A stretch of DNA of 64,000 bases, taken from positions 352,001 to 416,000 of the forward strand of contig JBBFKX010000001.1 in NCBI GenBank assembly GCA_037481815.1, read 5' to 3'. Shown one piece after another: positions 19,897 through 30,329 of the stretch. How positions within the stretch are numbered: position 1 is the first letter of the stretch; each line of letters begins with the position of its first letter. A program made the position numbers and the translations under genes. The notes beneath the pieces were generated by a model. That model had not been told where the DNA came from. It saw only the letters and a program-made list of their open reading frames with translations, and did no database searches. The stretch comes from a candidate division WOR-3 bacterium. GTDB taxonomy: Bacteria > Hydrothermota > 32-111.

Positions 19897-20842
19897 CCAA
19901 GAATCTTTTCACTCTGTAAATTCCTTTCCTTGTTGTCTCAAAATATGTTCTTATTATAATTTCACTTAAAAGGCCAATCATTAAAAGTTGAACAGAAATC
20001 AAAAGTAGGAAAACCGATATCAGGAGTAGAGGATTACCGGTCATGTCAACATTCTGAAAGATTTTCATAAGAACCAGTAAAATAAAAGAAATTATCCCAA
20101 AAATGAAAGATAAAAATGATAGTCCTCCAATGATGTATATCGGATTTGTTGAAAAATCGTTTAGAAATTTTACAGTTAAAAGATCGAGTAAAACATTTAT
20201 TATTCTTGAAAACCCATATTTACTCTTTCCTTTAAACCTTTTTCTATGGTTAACTTCAATCTCACCGATTCTATAACCTTTTGAATACAAAAGGTATGGG
20301 ATGAACCTATGCATCTGTCCATAAAGGTTTAGATCCATTAAAATTGACCTTTTGAAAACTTTCAAAGTACATCCTGTATCGTGAATTTTAAGTTTTAAAA
20401 AAGATGAAATTATCCTGTTTGCGATAAGTGAAGGAATTTTTTTCGAAAAGAACGGATCCTGTCTTTTTCTTCTCCAACCAACAACCATATCATAGTCATT
20501 TTCTAAAAGGTGGTCTATCATCAAAGGGATATCTTTTGGATCGTTTTGAAGATCTCCATCTATCGTTATAATGATATCATTTTTTGCACTGTCAAAACCC
20601 GCCTGAAAAGCGGCCGACTGGCCAAAATTCCTTGCAAGTTGAATTACTTTTACATTAGAATCCTTTAAAGCTAAACTTTCAAGTATTTTAAAAGAACTAT
20701 CGGTCGAACCATCATCAACAAATATTATCTCATATTCATAATCTTTTAAATTATACTTGAGTTCTTCATAAAGTTTTTCAATGTTCCCATCTTCGTTGAA
20801 GATGGGAACAACAACTGAAATTCTTATGTCCCTTCTTCCCAT
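19880..20842 (-). CDS. Glycosyltransferase family 2 (ArnC/GtrB-like, C-terminal TMs)
   Basis: VDDGSTD, RNFGQSAA, IDGDLQNDP, HRFIP and SKYG motifs. Confidence 0.9.
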   Translation of the reverse strand: MGRRDIRISVVVPIFNEDGNIEKLYEELKYNLKDYEYEIIFVDDGSTDSSFKILESLALKDSNVKVIQLARNFGQSAAFQAGFDSAKNDIIITIDGDLQNDPKDIPLMIDHLLENDYDMVVGWRRKRQDPFFSKKIPSLIANRIISSFLKLKIHDTGCTLKVFKRSILMDLNLYGQMHRFIPYLLYSKGYRIGEIEVNHRKRFKGKSKYGFSRIINVLLDLLTVKFLNDFSTNPIYIIGGLSFLSFIFGIISFILLVLMKIFQNVDMTGNPLLLISVFLLLISVQLLMIGLLSEIIIRTYFETTRKGIYRVKRFLGDDKK

Positions 20843-22080
20843 GATTTTAAATATTCTTCCTGTTCCTTTGTAAGTTTATCGTACTTAACCCCCATAGATT
20901 TCAACTTTCTTCTTGCGATATCAACATCTATCTCATCAGGTAGTTTATAAACTTTTTTTGAAAGTTTTGAATGGTTTTCTTTTATGTATTTTACTGACAG
21001 CGCCTGATTTGCAAAAGACATGTCCATCACACATGCAGGATGACCCTCTGCTGATGCAAGGTTTATCAATCTTCCTTCAGCCAGAAGATAAACTTTCTTT
21101 TCATCTTTCAAAGTATGTTCTACAAGAAATGGTCTTATCTCTTTTTTTCTTGCTGTCAACTTTTCGAGAGCTTTTTTGTTTATCTCAACATCAAAATGAC
21201 CTGAATTAGCAACAATACAGTTATTTTTCATCATTTTGAAATGTTTTTCATCTACCACATTTATATCACCTGTTAAGGTAACTATAAAATCAGCTTCTTT
21301 ACATGCATCATCCATCTTCATCACTCTGAAACCATCCATCAACGCCTCAAGTGCTTTAATCGGATCAACTTCGGTCACTATAACATTCGCTCCAAGACCT
21401 CTCGCTTTAAAAGCAAGACCCCTGCCACACCAGCCATAACCTGCAACCACAAATGTTGAACCAGCAAGCAACCTGTTGGTCGCTCGAAGTATACCATCTA
21501 TGGTTGACTGCCCTGTACCGTACCTGTTATCAAACATAAATTTTGTGTACGAATCGTTCACAGCAACTATGGGGTATCTCAGGATTCCATTTTTCTCCAT
21601 ACTTTTTAACCTGATCACACCTGTCGTAGTTTCCTCTGTTCCACCAATAATTTTTTTCGAAAGTTGAACAAACTCTTTATGAAGCATCGTTACAAGATCA
21701 GCACCATCATCCATTGTAACATTTGGCTCGTTCAGAAGAACACTCTTTATATGATTGTAATATCCTTTATCATCTATTCCTTTTTTTGCAAAAACTGGAA
21801 TTTTGAAATCCTTAACAAGCGATGCTGCAACATCATCCTGTGTAGATAAAGGATTTGAAGCACATAAAAAAACCTCAGCACCACCGGCTTTCAACACTCT
21901 CATAAGATTTGCAGTTTCAGAGGTAACATGTAAACAAGCACCTATCTTCAAATTCTTCAGTGGCTTATTTTTTGAAAATTCATCATGGATGCTTTTTAAA
22001 ACAGGCATATCCTGATAAGCCCATTCGATCCTTTTTAAACCTTTCTCAGCAAGTTTAATATCTTTTATATCATATTTCAT
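20824..22080 (-). CDS. ahcY: Adenosylhomocysteinase
   Basis: CLHVT.ETA, SNPLSTQD, EETTTG, FDNRYGTGQS, GYGWCG and GHP motifs. Confidence 0.97.
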   Translation of the reverse strand: MKYDIKDIKLAEKGLKRIEWAYQDMPVLKSIHDEFSKNKPLKNLKIGACLHVTSETANLMRVLKAGGAEVFLCASNPLSTQDDVAASLVKDFKIPVFAKKGIDDKGYYNHIKSVLLNEPNVTMDDGADLVTMLHKEFVQLSKKIIGGTEETTTGVIRLKSMEKNGILRYPIVAVNDSYTKFMFDNRYGTGQSTIDGILRATNRLLAGSTFVVAGYGWCGRGLAFKARGLGANVIVTEVDPIKALEALMDGFRVMKMDDACKEADFIVTLTGDINVVDEKHFKMMKNNCIVANSGHFDVEINKKALEKLTARKKEIRPFLVEHTLKDEKKVYLLAEGRLINLASAEGHPACVMDMSFANQALSVKYIKENHSKLSKKVYKLPDEIDVDIARRKLKSMGVKYDKLTKEQEEYLKSWEEGT

Positions 22081-22090
22081 CTTCACCTCT

Positions 22091-23227
22091 TTATTTTAAA
22101 ATCTTTTTTATCTCATCGACTTTATCACAAACTTCCCATGTGAAACCTTCTTCCTCTCTTCCAAAATGTCCATAAGCAGCCGTCTTTTTGTATATCGGTC
22201 TTCTGAGTTTTAACTGGTCTATTATTCCGTTTGGTGTCAGATCAAAAATTTCTCTTATAACTTTTACGATTTTTTCATCATCATATTTTGAAGTGTTGAA
22301 AGTATCAACCGCAATTGAAACAGGTTCTGCTATACCGATGGCATAAGCAACCTGGATTTCAACTTTTTTCGCAACACCTGCAGCAACAAGATTTTTTGCA
22401 ATATATCTGCACATATACGCTGCTGATCTATCAACCTTTGATGGATCTTTACCTGAAAAGCATCCACCACCATGTTTCGCCATTCCACCATAGGTGTCAA
22501 CGATTATTTTACGACCGGTCAAACCTGTATCAGCAAGTGGACCTCCAACTACGAACCTTCCGGTTGGATTAACAAAAATTTTTGTCCTGGAATCTATAAG
22601 TTTACTATCGATAACCTCATTTATCACACGATTCTTCATATCTTTCTCTATTGTCTTTCTGTCAACATCAGGATTATGCTGAACACTTAAAACTATGGCA
22701 TCTATTCTCGTTGGAACACCATCATCATACTCAACGGTCACCTGTGATTTTCCATCAGGTCGAAGATAATCAAGATCCCCGAATTTCCTGAGTTCAGCAA
22801 CTTTTTTTATAAGTTTATGAGCATAAGATATTGTCATTGGCATAAGTTCCGGTGTCTCATCTGTTGCATAACCAAACATCATTCCCTGATCACCTGCTCC
22901 ACCGATGTTTACGCCCATCGCTATATCGGGAGACTGTTCCTGTATCGATGTAACAACCGCACAGGTTTGATAATCTAAACCATAATCAGGATCCGTGTAT
23001 CCAACCTCTTTAACCACATTTCTGACAAGTTTTTGAGTATCAACATAACAGGTTGTTGTAATTTCTCCCGTTATAATGATCATACCTGTTGCTGCCATCG
23101 TCTCAGCTGCAACCCTTGCGTTTGGATCCTGTTCGAGTATGGAATCAAGCAGGGAATCAGATATGATATCACAGAGTTTATCGGGATGCCCTTCTGCAAC
23201 CGATTCTGAAGTTAAAAACCTTTTCAT
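22091..23227 (-). CDS. metK: S-adenosylmethionine synthetase
   Basis: [27 protein letters not shown] and GGGCFSGKD. Confidence 0.98.
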   Translation of the reverse strand: MKRFLTSESVAEGHPDKLCDIISDSLLDSILEQDPNARVAAETMAATGMIIITGEITTTCYVDTQKLVRNVVKEVGYTDPDYGLDYQTCAVVTSIQEQSPDIAMGVNIGGAGDQGMMFGYATDETPELMPMTISYAHKLIKKVAELRKFGDLDYLRPDGKSQVTVEYDDGVPTRIDAIVLSVQHNPDVDRKTIEKDMKNRVINEVIDSKLIDSRTKIFVNPTGRFVVGGPLADTGLTGRKIIVDTYGGMAKHGGGCFSGKDPSKVDRSAAYMCRYIAKNLVAAGVAKKVEIQVAYAIGIAEPVSIAVDTFNTSKYDDEKIVKVIREIFDLTPNGIIDQLKLRRPIYKKTAAYGHFGREEEGFTWEVCDKVDEIKKILK

Positions 23228-23241
23228 CTTTTACTCCTTTT

Positions 23242-24189
23242 TTATTTTTTTATTATTGTGTTTTCACCACAGATTATCGAACCTTTGAAGTTCTCCAAAT
23301 TCGAATTATCACCTATTATTGAGTTTTTTATTTTACAATTTTTCAAAACAACATTGTTTCCAACTATTGAATTCTCCATCTTTGTGTCGTTTATTTTAAC
23401 ATTTTTGAAAATCGAACAATTCTTTGAAATCTTTGAATTTTCGATATCAGAAGAAGGATCTATAAAATTCTTTCTTTTTTCGATTTTTAACAACAAACTG
23501 TTTGCTTTCAAAAGAGTTTCAAAATCACCACAGTCGATCCATTTTTTTACATCACCGTATTCAACCTTTTCTCCATCATCTATCATTTTTTTTATACCAT
23601 CTGTAAGCTGTATCTCTCCTCTTGTTCTTATATTATTTTCATAAAGATAATTTAGTGATTCAAAAAGTTTTTTTGAAGATTTAAAGTAGTAAAAACCAAC
23701 TATCGCTTTATTTGAAATATAATGCTCCGGTTTTTCAACAACATCCACAACAAAATCTTCAGAAACTTTTGCAACCCCAAATCGTTTTGGATCTTCAACT
23801 TCCATCAAAGCGATTTTTGAATTTTTTGTCTTTAAGAATCTTTTTACATCAAGATCTATTATCGTATCCGAAAGTAAAACAACTAAAGGGTAATCTTTCC
23901 CTTCAATCTCTTTTAACCCTTTAAAAACTGCATCCCCAAGTCCAGATTGTTTTTCCTGTTCTACAAATGTAAATTTTTTGTCAGGATAATTTTTTAAAAG
24001 GTGTTCTTTCAACATCTCTTTTTTGTATCCAACAATGACAATGTATTCATCTATTTCAACTTCAGACAGGGAAAGAATAACATAATCTATTATCCTTTTA
24101 CTTCCAACATAGAATAATGGCTTTGGTAAAAAGAATGTAAGAGGTTGTAGCCTTTTCCCTATGCCCGCTGCCGGTATTATTGCTTTCAT
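23242..24189 (-). CDS. Sugar-phosphate nucleotidyltransferase with C-terminal beta-helix
   Basis: PAAGIGKRL.PLT..PKP, EKP and GEIQLTD motifs; hexapeptide-like tail. Confidence 0.88.
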   Translation of the reverse strand: MKAIIPAAGIGKRLQPLTFFLPKPLFYVGSKRIIDYVILSLSEVEIDEYIVIVGYKKEMLKEHLLKNYPDKKFTFVEQEKQSGLGDAVFKGLKEIEGKDYPLVVLLSDTIIDLDVKRFLKTKNSKIALMEVEDPKRFGVAKVSEDFVVDVVEKPEHYISNKAIVGFYYFKSSKKLFESLNYLYENNIRTRGEIQLTDGIKKMIDDGEKVEYGDVKKWIDCGDFETLLKANSLLLKIEKRKNFIDPSSDIENSKISKNCSIFKNVKINDTKMENSIVGNNVVLKNCKIKNSIIGDNSNLENFKGSIICGENTIIKK

Positions 24190-25175
24190 CTTTTCATCCT
24201 TTCTTTTAGAGTGTCTATCCTCTCGATTTTCATAGGATCAACTCCATTTTCTAAAGCAAGATAAAATGATATAAGATCAAAAGTGATTATACTGTCAATA
24301 ATGTTGAAAATTTTATTATCATCATCAAACTCAAATATCATAGTTTCGAAACCATTATCTCTTAGAATCTCATTTGTTATCATCGTTCTTTTTTTATTTC
24401 TTTCATTCATCTGTTTAAAGATCAAAAACAAAATGTAGATTTTCGATTTTATAAATTCAGGCTTTTCAAGCCCAACTATTTCATTATGATCCATTTCAGG
24501 CAAAAAGTTGAAATGAGAAAAATGTTTTGAGTTTTCGTGAAGTTGGTTCGCAAACCTTCTGGCAACAGATGAAAAATCTGAATCGGTATAAATATTTACA
24601 ATTCTATTTTTTAAAACTTTTGCAACCTTCTTTGCATTCCCCTCATCAAAAGAATATTCAGTTAGTTTAAGAATAGTATCATTCATTTCCTTTTCAAAAT
24701 TATCATCCTTTAAAATGTAAATCATCTTTTTTAACAAAGCCCCAAGGGTCATCCCAAGTGCTGCTCTCGGAGGACAATCGAGTTTTAGTTTGATGCTCTT
24801 TATTCGATTTTTCTTTGATAGTTTTTCCAAGTCACCACCACTGGAAAGAGTTAAAATTTTTGCTCTTCTTTTGAGTCCTTCTTTAAAGCATTTCAAGGTT
24901 TCCTCAGTGTTTCCAGAAAAGGATGAGACTATTAAAAAGGTTTTCTCGTTAACATAATTTGGAAGATCATAATTTCTGACAACTTCAAAAGGAACTGGGG
25001 AGAATGGGTAGATAAGTTCTTTTAAAATATCTCCAGCGATCGCACTACCTCCCATTCCAGTATATACGATGTTTTCTATTCTTTTCAATTCGATCCTTTC
25101 ATGATCAAGATTGAATCCATCAACAAAAAAGGATGGGAAACTTTTTATAAGTGATAGCATATCATTATTTGTCAT
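24186..25175 (-). CDS. Bifunctional phosphoglucose/phosphomannose isomerase
   Basis: GMGGSAIAG, SSFSGNTEET, PPRAA, QLHENSK and PEMDHNEI. Confidence 0.9.
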   Translation of the reverse strand: MTNNDMLSLIKSFPSFFVDGFNLDHERIELKRIENIVYTGMGGSAIAGDILKELIYPFSPVPFEVVRNYDLPNYVNEKTFLIVSSFSGNTEETLKCFKEGLKRRAKILTLSSGGDLEKLSKKNRIKSIKLKLDCPPRAALGMTLGALLKKMIYILKDDNFEKEMNDTILKLTEYSFDEGNAKKVAKVLKNRIVNIYTDSDFSSVARRFANQLHENSKHFSHFNFLPEMDHNEIVGLEKPEFIKSKIYILFLIFKQMNERNKKRTMITNEILRDNGFETMIFEFDDDNKIFNIIDSIITFDLISFYLALENGVDPMKIERIDTLKERMKR

Positions 25176-26928
25176 AGAACTCTCCAAGGAAATATTTTAT
25201 AAGGTTTGGGAATTTTTCAGAAATTATTCCTTTCATATACTCTCTCACCTTTTCAGACGACTTCAAAAGTAAAGCGTTTTTTGCGATCTCTTTTGTTTCC
25301 TCATATGAAAGTTGTTTGATTATCATTTTGATCTCTGGTATGAAAATAGGAGACATCGATAGTTCATCAACTCCAAGTCCTACAAGTATCGGTATAGCTA
25401 TTGGATCAGACGATAGTTCCCCGCATACTCCAGCCCATATGTTTGCTTCATGCGCAGCATCGATCGTGAACTTGATAAGTTTTAAAACAGCAGGATCAAG
25501 AGAATCAAAATATGAGGAAACGTTGTTGTTGTTTCTATCAACTGCAAGAGTATATTGTGTAAGATCGTTTGTACCCAATGAAAAGAAATCCACATACTTT
25601 GCAAACTCTTCAGCCATTATTGCAGCAGATGGAACTTCAACCATTATACCAAGTTCAATATCCTTATCAAAATCGATCTGCTGGTTGAAGAGTTCTTTTT
25701 TTATATCATCAAGAACCATTTTTGCTTTTATAACTTCGTCAATTTTTGAAACCATGGGAAGCATTATCTTCAAATTTTTTTTGGAACTTGCCTTCAATAT
25801 CGCTTTGAACTGGTCCCTCAAGATTTTTTCATTTCCAAGAGAAACTCTGATTCCTCTAAAACCTAAAAATGGATTCTCCTCTTTGTTCCTAACATAGATC
25901 GGTTTATCACCTCCGATATCAACAGTTCTTATAATTACAGAATCGGGAAAAACCGTTTCTGCTATCCTTCTGTAAATGTTTTCCTGCTTTTCTACAGTTG
26001 GATATCCGTTCTCTTCAAGAAATATGAACTCGGTTCGAAAAAGTCCTATTCCCCTTCCACCATACTTTTTAACTTCACCAAGTTCCTCGAGAAGTTCTAT
26101 ATTTGCTGATAGATCTATATTTCTGCCATCTATGGTAACAGATTCTTCATCCTTCATTTCCATTAACTTCAGATTGTAATTTTTGTATTCCTCTTTTCGT
26201 TTTTTAAAAGTTTTTTCAGAATTTTCATCTGGATCGATGATCACCGTTCCAGTATAACCATCAACAATAACAATATCACCATCGTTGACATTTGAAAGAA
26301 AATTTTTAACATTTACCACAGCAGGAATGTTAAGTGCCCTTGCGAGTATCGATGAATGACTCGTCATCCCTCCACTTTCTGTTACGATCCCCAGTATACT
26401 ATTTTTATCGAATTTCATCGTTTCGGCTGGAGTCAGGTTGAACGCTCCTATTATTATTTCTTCAAAAGATTTTATAGATTCTTCATCCCTGTTTTTTAAC
26501 CTTTTTAAAACTCTGTTCATAACATCTATTATATCGAAACTTCTCTCTTTAAGATATTTGTTATCCGTCTTCTGCATTTTTTCAAGTATTTCGGATACAA
26601 CATTTTTATAAACCGATTCAGCATTCTTTTTTGTTTCCCTTATATTCTTTATACTTTTTTCTATAACACTTTTATCCTCAAGTGCAAGGATCTGTGCTTC
26701 AAAAATTTCCTCGTACTGGTTACCAACCGTCTCCTTAATGTTTTTTTTACTCTCAAGAAGTTCTTTCTTTGATTCTTCTATAGCAGTTAAAAATCTTTCA
26801 ACCTCTTTTTCTATATCTTTAATATCATATTCCTGTATAACCTCTATTTTGTTACTCAAAATTTTGATTTTACCTTTCACAAGACCTGGAGATGCAGGAT
26901 AACCTCTTAAAATTATATTACTCTTCAT
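25165..26928 (-). CDS. ptsI: PTS enzyme I (PEP-protein phosphotransferase)
   Basis: GGMTSHSSI (phospho-His), GLFRTEF, NPFLGFRG, GTNDLTQY and GVCGE. Confidence 0.96.
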   Translation of the reverse strand: MKSNIILRGYPASPGLVKGKIKILSNKIEVIQEYDIKDIEKEVERFLTAIEESKKELLESKKNIKETVGNQYEEIFEAQILALEDKSVIEKSIKNIRETKKNAESVYKNVVSEILEKMQKTDNKYLKERSFDIIDVMNRVLKRLKNRDEESIKSFEEIIIGAFNLTPAETMKFDKNSILGIVTESGGMTSHSSILARALNIPAVVNVKNFLSNVNDGDIVIVDGYTGTVIIDPDENSEKTFKKRKEEYKNYNLKLMEMKDEESVTIDGRNIDLSANIELLEELGEVKKYGGRGIGLFRTEFIFLEENGYPTVEKQENIYRRIAETVFPDSVIIRTVDIGGDKPIYVRNKEENPFLGFRGIRVSLGNEKILRDQFKAILKASSKKNLKIMLPMVSKIDEVIKAKMVLDDIKKELFNQQIDFDKDIELGIMVEVPSAAIMAEEFAKYVDFFSLGTNDLTQYTLAVDRNNNNVSSYFDSLDPAVLKLIKFTIDAAHEANIWAGVCGELSSDPIAIPILVGLGVDELSMSPIFIPEIKMIIKQLSYEETKEIAKNALLLKSSEKVREYMKGIISEKFPNLIKYFLGEFYDK

Positions 26929-27187
26929 AAAACCTCTTCTCAAAAAGTTCCTCTACAGCATCCATCGCATCCTTCTCATCAGCCCCGTCGATTCTGAATA
27001 TCAGTTTTGCACCCTGTTCCGCAGCAAGCATCATGATACCCATAATCGATTTTCCATCAACCAGCAGATCATCTCGTTGAATTTCTACTTTTGACTCGAA
27101 TTTACCCAAACTTTTAACAAGAAGAGCCGCTGGTCTTGCATGAAGTCCAAGTTTATTTTTTACAATTACTTCTTTTTCGATCATCAC
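26918..27187 (-). CDS. ptsH: Phosphocarrier protein HPr
   Basis: GLHARPA (His15) and GKSIMGIM (Ser46). Confidence 0.95.
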   Translation of the reverse strand: MMIEKEVIVKNKLGLHARPAALLVKSLGKFESKVEIQRDDLLVDGKSIMGIMMLAAEQGAKLIFRIDGADEKDAMDAVEELFEKRFYEE

Positions 27188-27831
27188 ATTAAAACCTTAA
27201 ATAGTACTTCTAATACAACTCCTAATATAAACAAAAAAATATAGGCAAACTCTTTAAAAGAAATGTTTACCCATACACATAATAAAAAAATTATAACATA
27301 TATACCTATCGAATTCAATATTTTTAAGTTTAAAAATAGTAAAAAGATTGTAAAGAATCCAAACAAGAAATATTTTATTTTTGGAAGAAAAAATCTAAAA
27401 TTTTTGAAGAAAAAAGAAGAATAAAAATTACTTAGAGTTTCACTATTTTTTGCTCCATAATCATAACCGAAAAACCTTAAAGTATTAGTTGAAAAAAAAT
27501 ATAGTACAAAAGGAATTAAAAGAAAATGATAATCGATTCGAAATATATAAACCAACAAAGACACCATTAAAGTTATAGGTTTCAAATTGTTCCAGAATAG
27601 GTCATCTCCAATAAACGCAGAAATACTTGCAAAAATTTCTACTCTTTTTAGATCATCAACTTTTGAGATAAACCCTGAAACGATAGTTGCTAAATAGGGG
27701 TTTGAGTTTATGTGATGGTTGAATTTACCATTTGTAAGTAATTTATAACCAGGCATTTGCATCTCTTCTTCATTCAACAGAACCTGAACGAAAAGTGATT
27801 TTAAAAAAAGTTTATGTTTATCTTTAAACAT
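27184..27831 (-). CDS. Divergent mannose-family PTS EIID
   Basis: Q...NEEEMQ.PGY, NSNPYL and IGDDLFWNNLKPI resemble ManZ NYERMQ, FNT.P and IGDSLFW.TLRP; lies upstream of ptsH. Confidence 0.65.
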   Translation of the reverse strand: MFKDKHKLFLKSLFVQVLLNEEEMQMPGYKLLTNGKFNHHINSNPYLATIVSGFISKVDDLKRVEIFASISAFIGDDLFWNNLKPITLMVSLLVYIFRIDYHFLLIPFVLYFFSTNTLRFFGYDYGAKNSETLSNFYSSFFFKNFRFFLPKIKYFLFGFFTIFLLFLNLKILNSIGIYVIIFLLCVWVNISFKEFAYIFLFILGVVLEVLFKVLM

Positions 27832-28430
27832 AAAAATAGTCCTATCAAAGTTCCCACAAAAAATAAAATGGTCCCCAACTTTTTATTTACTTTCGTATAT
27901 TTTATCTGTGCGAGTATCAAAAAAATAGAAATTATAAGAATACTATCTTTTTGTATTTTAAACATGTGAAAGTTTTTTAATAAAAAATATTCCAGTAAAA
28001 GAAAAAACAGATAGGAAAAAAAGGTTATCAATATTGAGAGAATTAAAGCAAGTTTTATTTCAAAATTTTTTGATAGATAAAAATTGATTTTTCTTTTTAA
28101 AACATAAAAATACCCAAAAATCAACGAAGAAAAAATACCAACAAGGATTGAGAACGAGAGAGGATATTTTAAAAAACTGTAAGTTAATAAAGAAGACACA
28201 AAACCCATTTGAAAGTTAGGAGGAGAAACTTTTCCAAGTTGGAGAGAAAAAATCGATAATGTTTGGAAAATTAACAACAAAAACAATAAAGAGTGATCAA
28301 AATTTATTTTTAAAAAGAATGAAAGAACTGGAAAGATAAATACAGGTTCACTGATCAAAGATTGAAATAACATCCTATTATCAAGGAGTAAAATAGAAGA
28401 TATAAGAATCAGATAATAGGTTCTATCCGT
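27801..28430 (-). CDS. Divergent mannose-family PTS EIIC (ATG at 28373; probable true start ACG at 28430)
   Basis: LLLD....Q.LI.EP and LG..SPPN motifs resemble the ManY N-terminus; frame is open upstream of the ATG. Confidence 0.5.
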   Translation of the reverse strand, partial: TDRTYYLILISSILLLDNRMLFQSLISEPVFIFPVLSFFLKINFDHSLLFLLLIFQTLSIFSLQLGKVSPPNFQMGFVSSLLTYSFLKYPLSFSILVGIFSSLIFGYFYVLKRKINFYLSKNFEIKLALILSILITFFSYLFFLLLEYFLLKNFHMFKIQKDSILIISIFLILAQIKYTKVNKKLGTILFFVGTLIGLFLCLKININFF

Positions 28431-29476
28431 TTCGAATCCTCCATGTTGAAATAATGGAATTTATTTTTATTGAAATAGATTTTATAACTCTCTCCAATTT
28501 TAAACCTTTTATGTAAAGTCGTTTTTAAAACAACAGTTTTGTTGAGAATGTTAACATAAAGAAATGTAACATCACCTAAAGATTCAGCAAGTTCAACGAT
28601 CCCTTCCCTGAATATCTCAGTTTCTTTATCTATATAAATGTCTTCAGGTCTTACACCAATATATACATTTTTTAAATCTTTAACATCAAAACCTATTTTA
28701 AAATTGAAGAAATCTGATCTTATTTGACGATTTTCGTAGACATTTTCAAAAATGTTCATTTGAGGTGAACCGATGAATGTTGCACAGAAAAGGTTTGCGG
28801 GTCTATTGTAAAGTGTATCGGGATCAGCGATCTGCATTATCTCTCCATTGTTCATTACAACGATCTTTGAACCCATCGTCATCGCTTCTGTCTGATCATG
28901 TGTAACATATATTATTGTCGTATTTATCTTCTTATGTAATTTCGAAATTTCCGATCTCATTGAAACTCTCATTTTTGCATCAAGGTTTGAGAGTGGTTCA
29001 TCAAAAAGAAAAACTTTTGGTTCTCTTACAATCGCTCTTCCGATTGCAACCCTCTGTCTTTGTCCACCTGATAGTTCCCTCGGTTTACTCTTTGCATATT
29101 TTTCTATACCGAGGATTTCAAGTGCTTCTTTAACCTTTTTATCTATATCTTCTTTTAAATACCCTCTAGTTCTCAAACCAAAAGCAACATTATCATAAAC
29201 ACTCATATGAGGATAGAGAGCATAATTTTGAAAAACCATAGCGACATCTCTATCTTTCGGATGGACATCGTTGACAACCTGCCGATCGATGATTATCTCA
29301 CCTTCAGTTACCTGCTCAAGGCCGGCTATACATCTTAAAAGTGTGGTTTTCCCACAACCTGAAGGTCCAACAAAAACCACAAACTCTTTATCCTCAATTT
29401 CAAGGTTGATATTTTTTAATGCGACATAACCGTTTGGAAAAATTTTTGTTACATTTTTTAGAATAACATCAGCCAC
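28409..29476 (-). CDS. Sugar ABC transporter ATPase (MalK/MsmX/UgpC family)
   Basis: GPSGCGKT, VFQNYALYPH, LSGGQRQR, DEPLSNLD, YVTHDQ and TOBE-like tail; GTG start. Confidence 0.92.
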   Translation of the reverse strand: MADVILKNVTKIFPNGYVALKNINLEIEDKEFVVFVGPSGCGKTTLLRCIAGLEQVTEGEIIIDRQVVNDVHPKDRDVAMVFQNYALYPHMSVYDNVAFGLRTRGYLKEDIDKKVKEALEILGIEKYAKSKPRELSGGQRQRVAIGRAIVREPKVFLFDEPLSNLDAKMRVSMRSEISKLHKKINTTIIYVTHDQTEAMTMGSKIVVMNNGEIMQIADPDTLYNRPANLFCATFIGSPQMNIFENVYENRQIRSDFFNFKIGFDVKDLKNVYIGVRPEDIYIDKETEIFREGIVELAESLGDVTFLYVNILNKTVVLKTTLHKRFKIGESYKIYFNKNKFHYFNMEDSKRIEPII

Positions 29477-29485
29477 TTTTCACTC

Positions 29486-29896
29486 CTATTCTTTTCCAAT
29501 TTTGAAATAAATATTTGGTTTCCCGGATTTTTCTGTTGCGATATCAGAATTATCGATAACAAAATATAACTTTTTATTTTCAAAGATATAAAACCTTTCA
29601 TCGATAAAAGATTTTGAAACAAAAGTCAAAGGATACTCAAAATATTCTGAATAAAGTTTTGATGAATCTTTAAAAAGATCAAAACCTTTCTTCGAAGAGA
29701 AGAAGAAAATGTCAATAACATAATCAGAATTCAATAGAACTGAATAGAAACCTGGTTCAATTATAATAGAATCAGCAATGATCTCTCCTATTTCCATAGT
29801 TTTTGAAACCTCATAAACTGTAGGATAAAAGAGTGAACATCCTGATATAAAAACAAAAATTATAACCCAAAGTAATCTATTCGTTCTTAACAACAT
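29486..29896 (-). CDS. Hypothetical lipoprotein
   Basis: Signal peptide with lipobox ISGC. Confidence 0.6.
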   Translation of the reverse strand: MLLRTNRLLWVIIFVFISGCSLFYPTVYEVSKTMEIGEIIADSIIIEPGFYSVLLNSDYVIDIFFFSSKKGFDLFKDSSKLYSEYFEYPLTFVSKSFIDERFYIFENKKLYFVIDNSDIATEKSGKPNIYFKIGKE

Positions 29897-30320
29897 AAAG
29901 ATGTGCTCCTTCGACTCTTACGATTCTAACAAAATCATCTTTTTCGATAACCTTTCCATCATCAGAATATGCTCTCCATCTTACACCATCTATCTCACAT
30001 ACACCTTGATCTTTTGAGTTATCTATGGTTGTAACAACTTTACAAACTCTTCCGATATAAGAATCAACATTTGTTTTCAAACCACCTCTGTCATCTTTTG
30101 AAAGGTATTTTATAAAAATTTTTCTTATCGTGAAAGCAAAAATGATCGAAAGAAAAACAAATATAAAAATCTGTAAAAAAACAAGTTTCGGAAAAAACAA
30201 AGAGAAAAGTGATGAAATCAATGCGGCAAAAGAAAATAGGACAAACAGAAAAAATGGTGTTAAGACCTCGATTATAAACATAATAACAGCAACGATTATC
30301 CAGAAAAGTGATGGAGACAT
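29877..30320 (-). CDS. NfeD/YbbJ family protein
   Basis: W...IIEVLTP TMs, then OB-fold YIGR...GVCEIDGVRWRA...VEGAHLYV. Confidence 0.85.
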   Translation of the reverse strand: MSPSLFWIIVAVIMFIIEVLTPFFLFVLFSFAALISSLFSLFFPKLVFLQIFIFVFLSIIFAFTIRKIFIKYLSKDDRGGLKTNVDSYIGRVCKVVTTIDNSKDQGVCEIDGVRWRAYSDDGKVIEKDDFVRIVRVEGAHLYVVKNE

Positions 30321-30329
30321 AACTCCTCC

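Noticed and set aside
23228..23241. SAM/SAH riboswitch before metK-ahcY
   Set aside because: Only 14 bp of intergenic space, so there is no room for an aptamer.
25316..25897. 193-aa plus-strand ORF, and the many other 60-130-aa antisense or nested ORFs in the track
   Set aside because: They lie on or opposite well-conserved genes (ptsI, uvrA, ahcY, ftsH etc.), have Ser/Ile/Phe-rich shadow composition, and show no SD or motifs.
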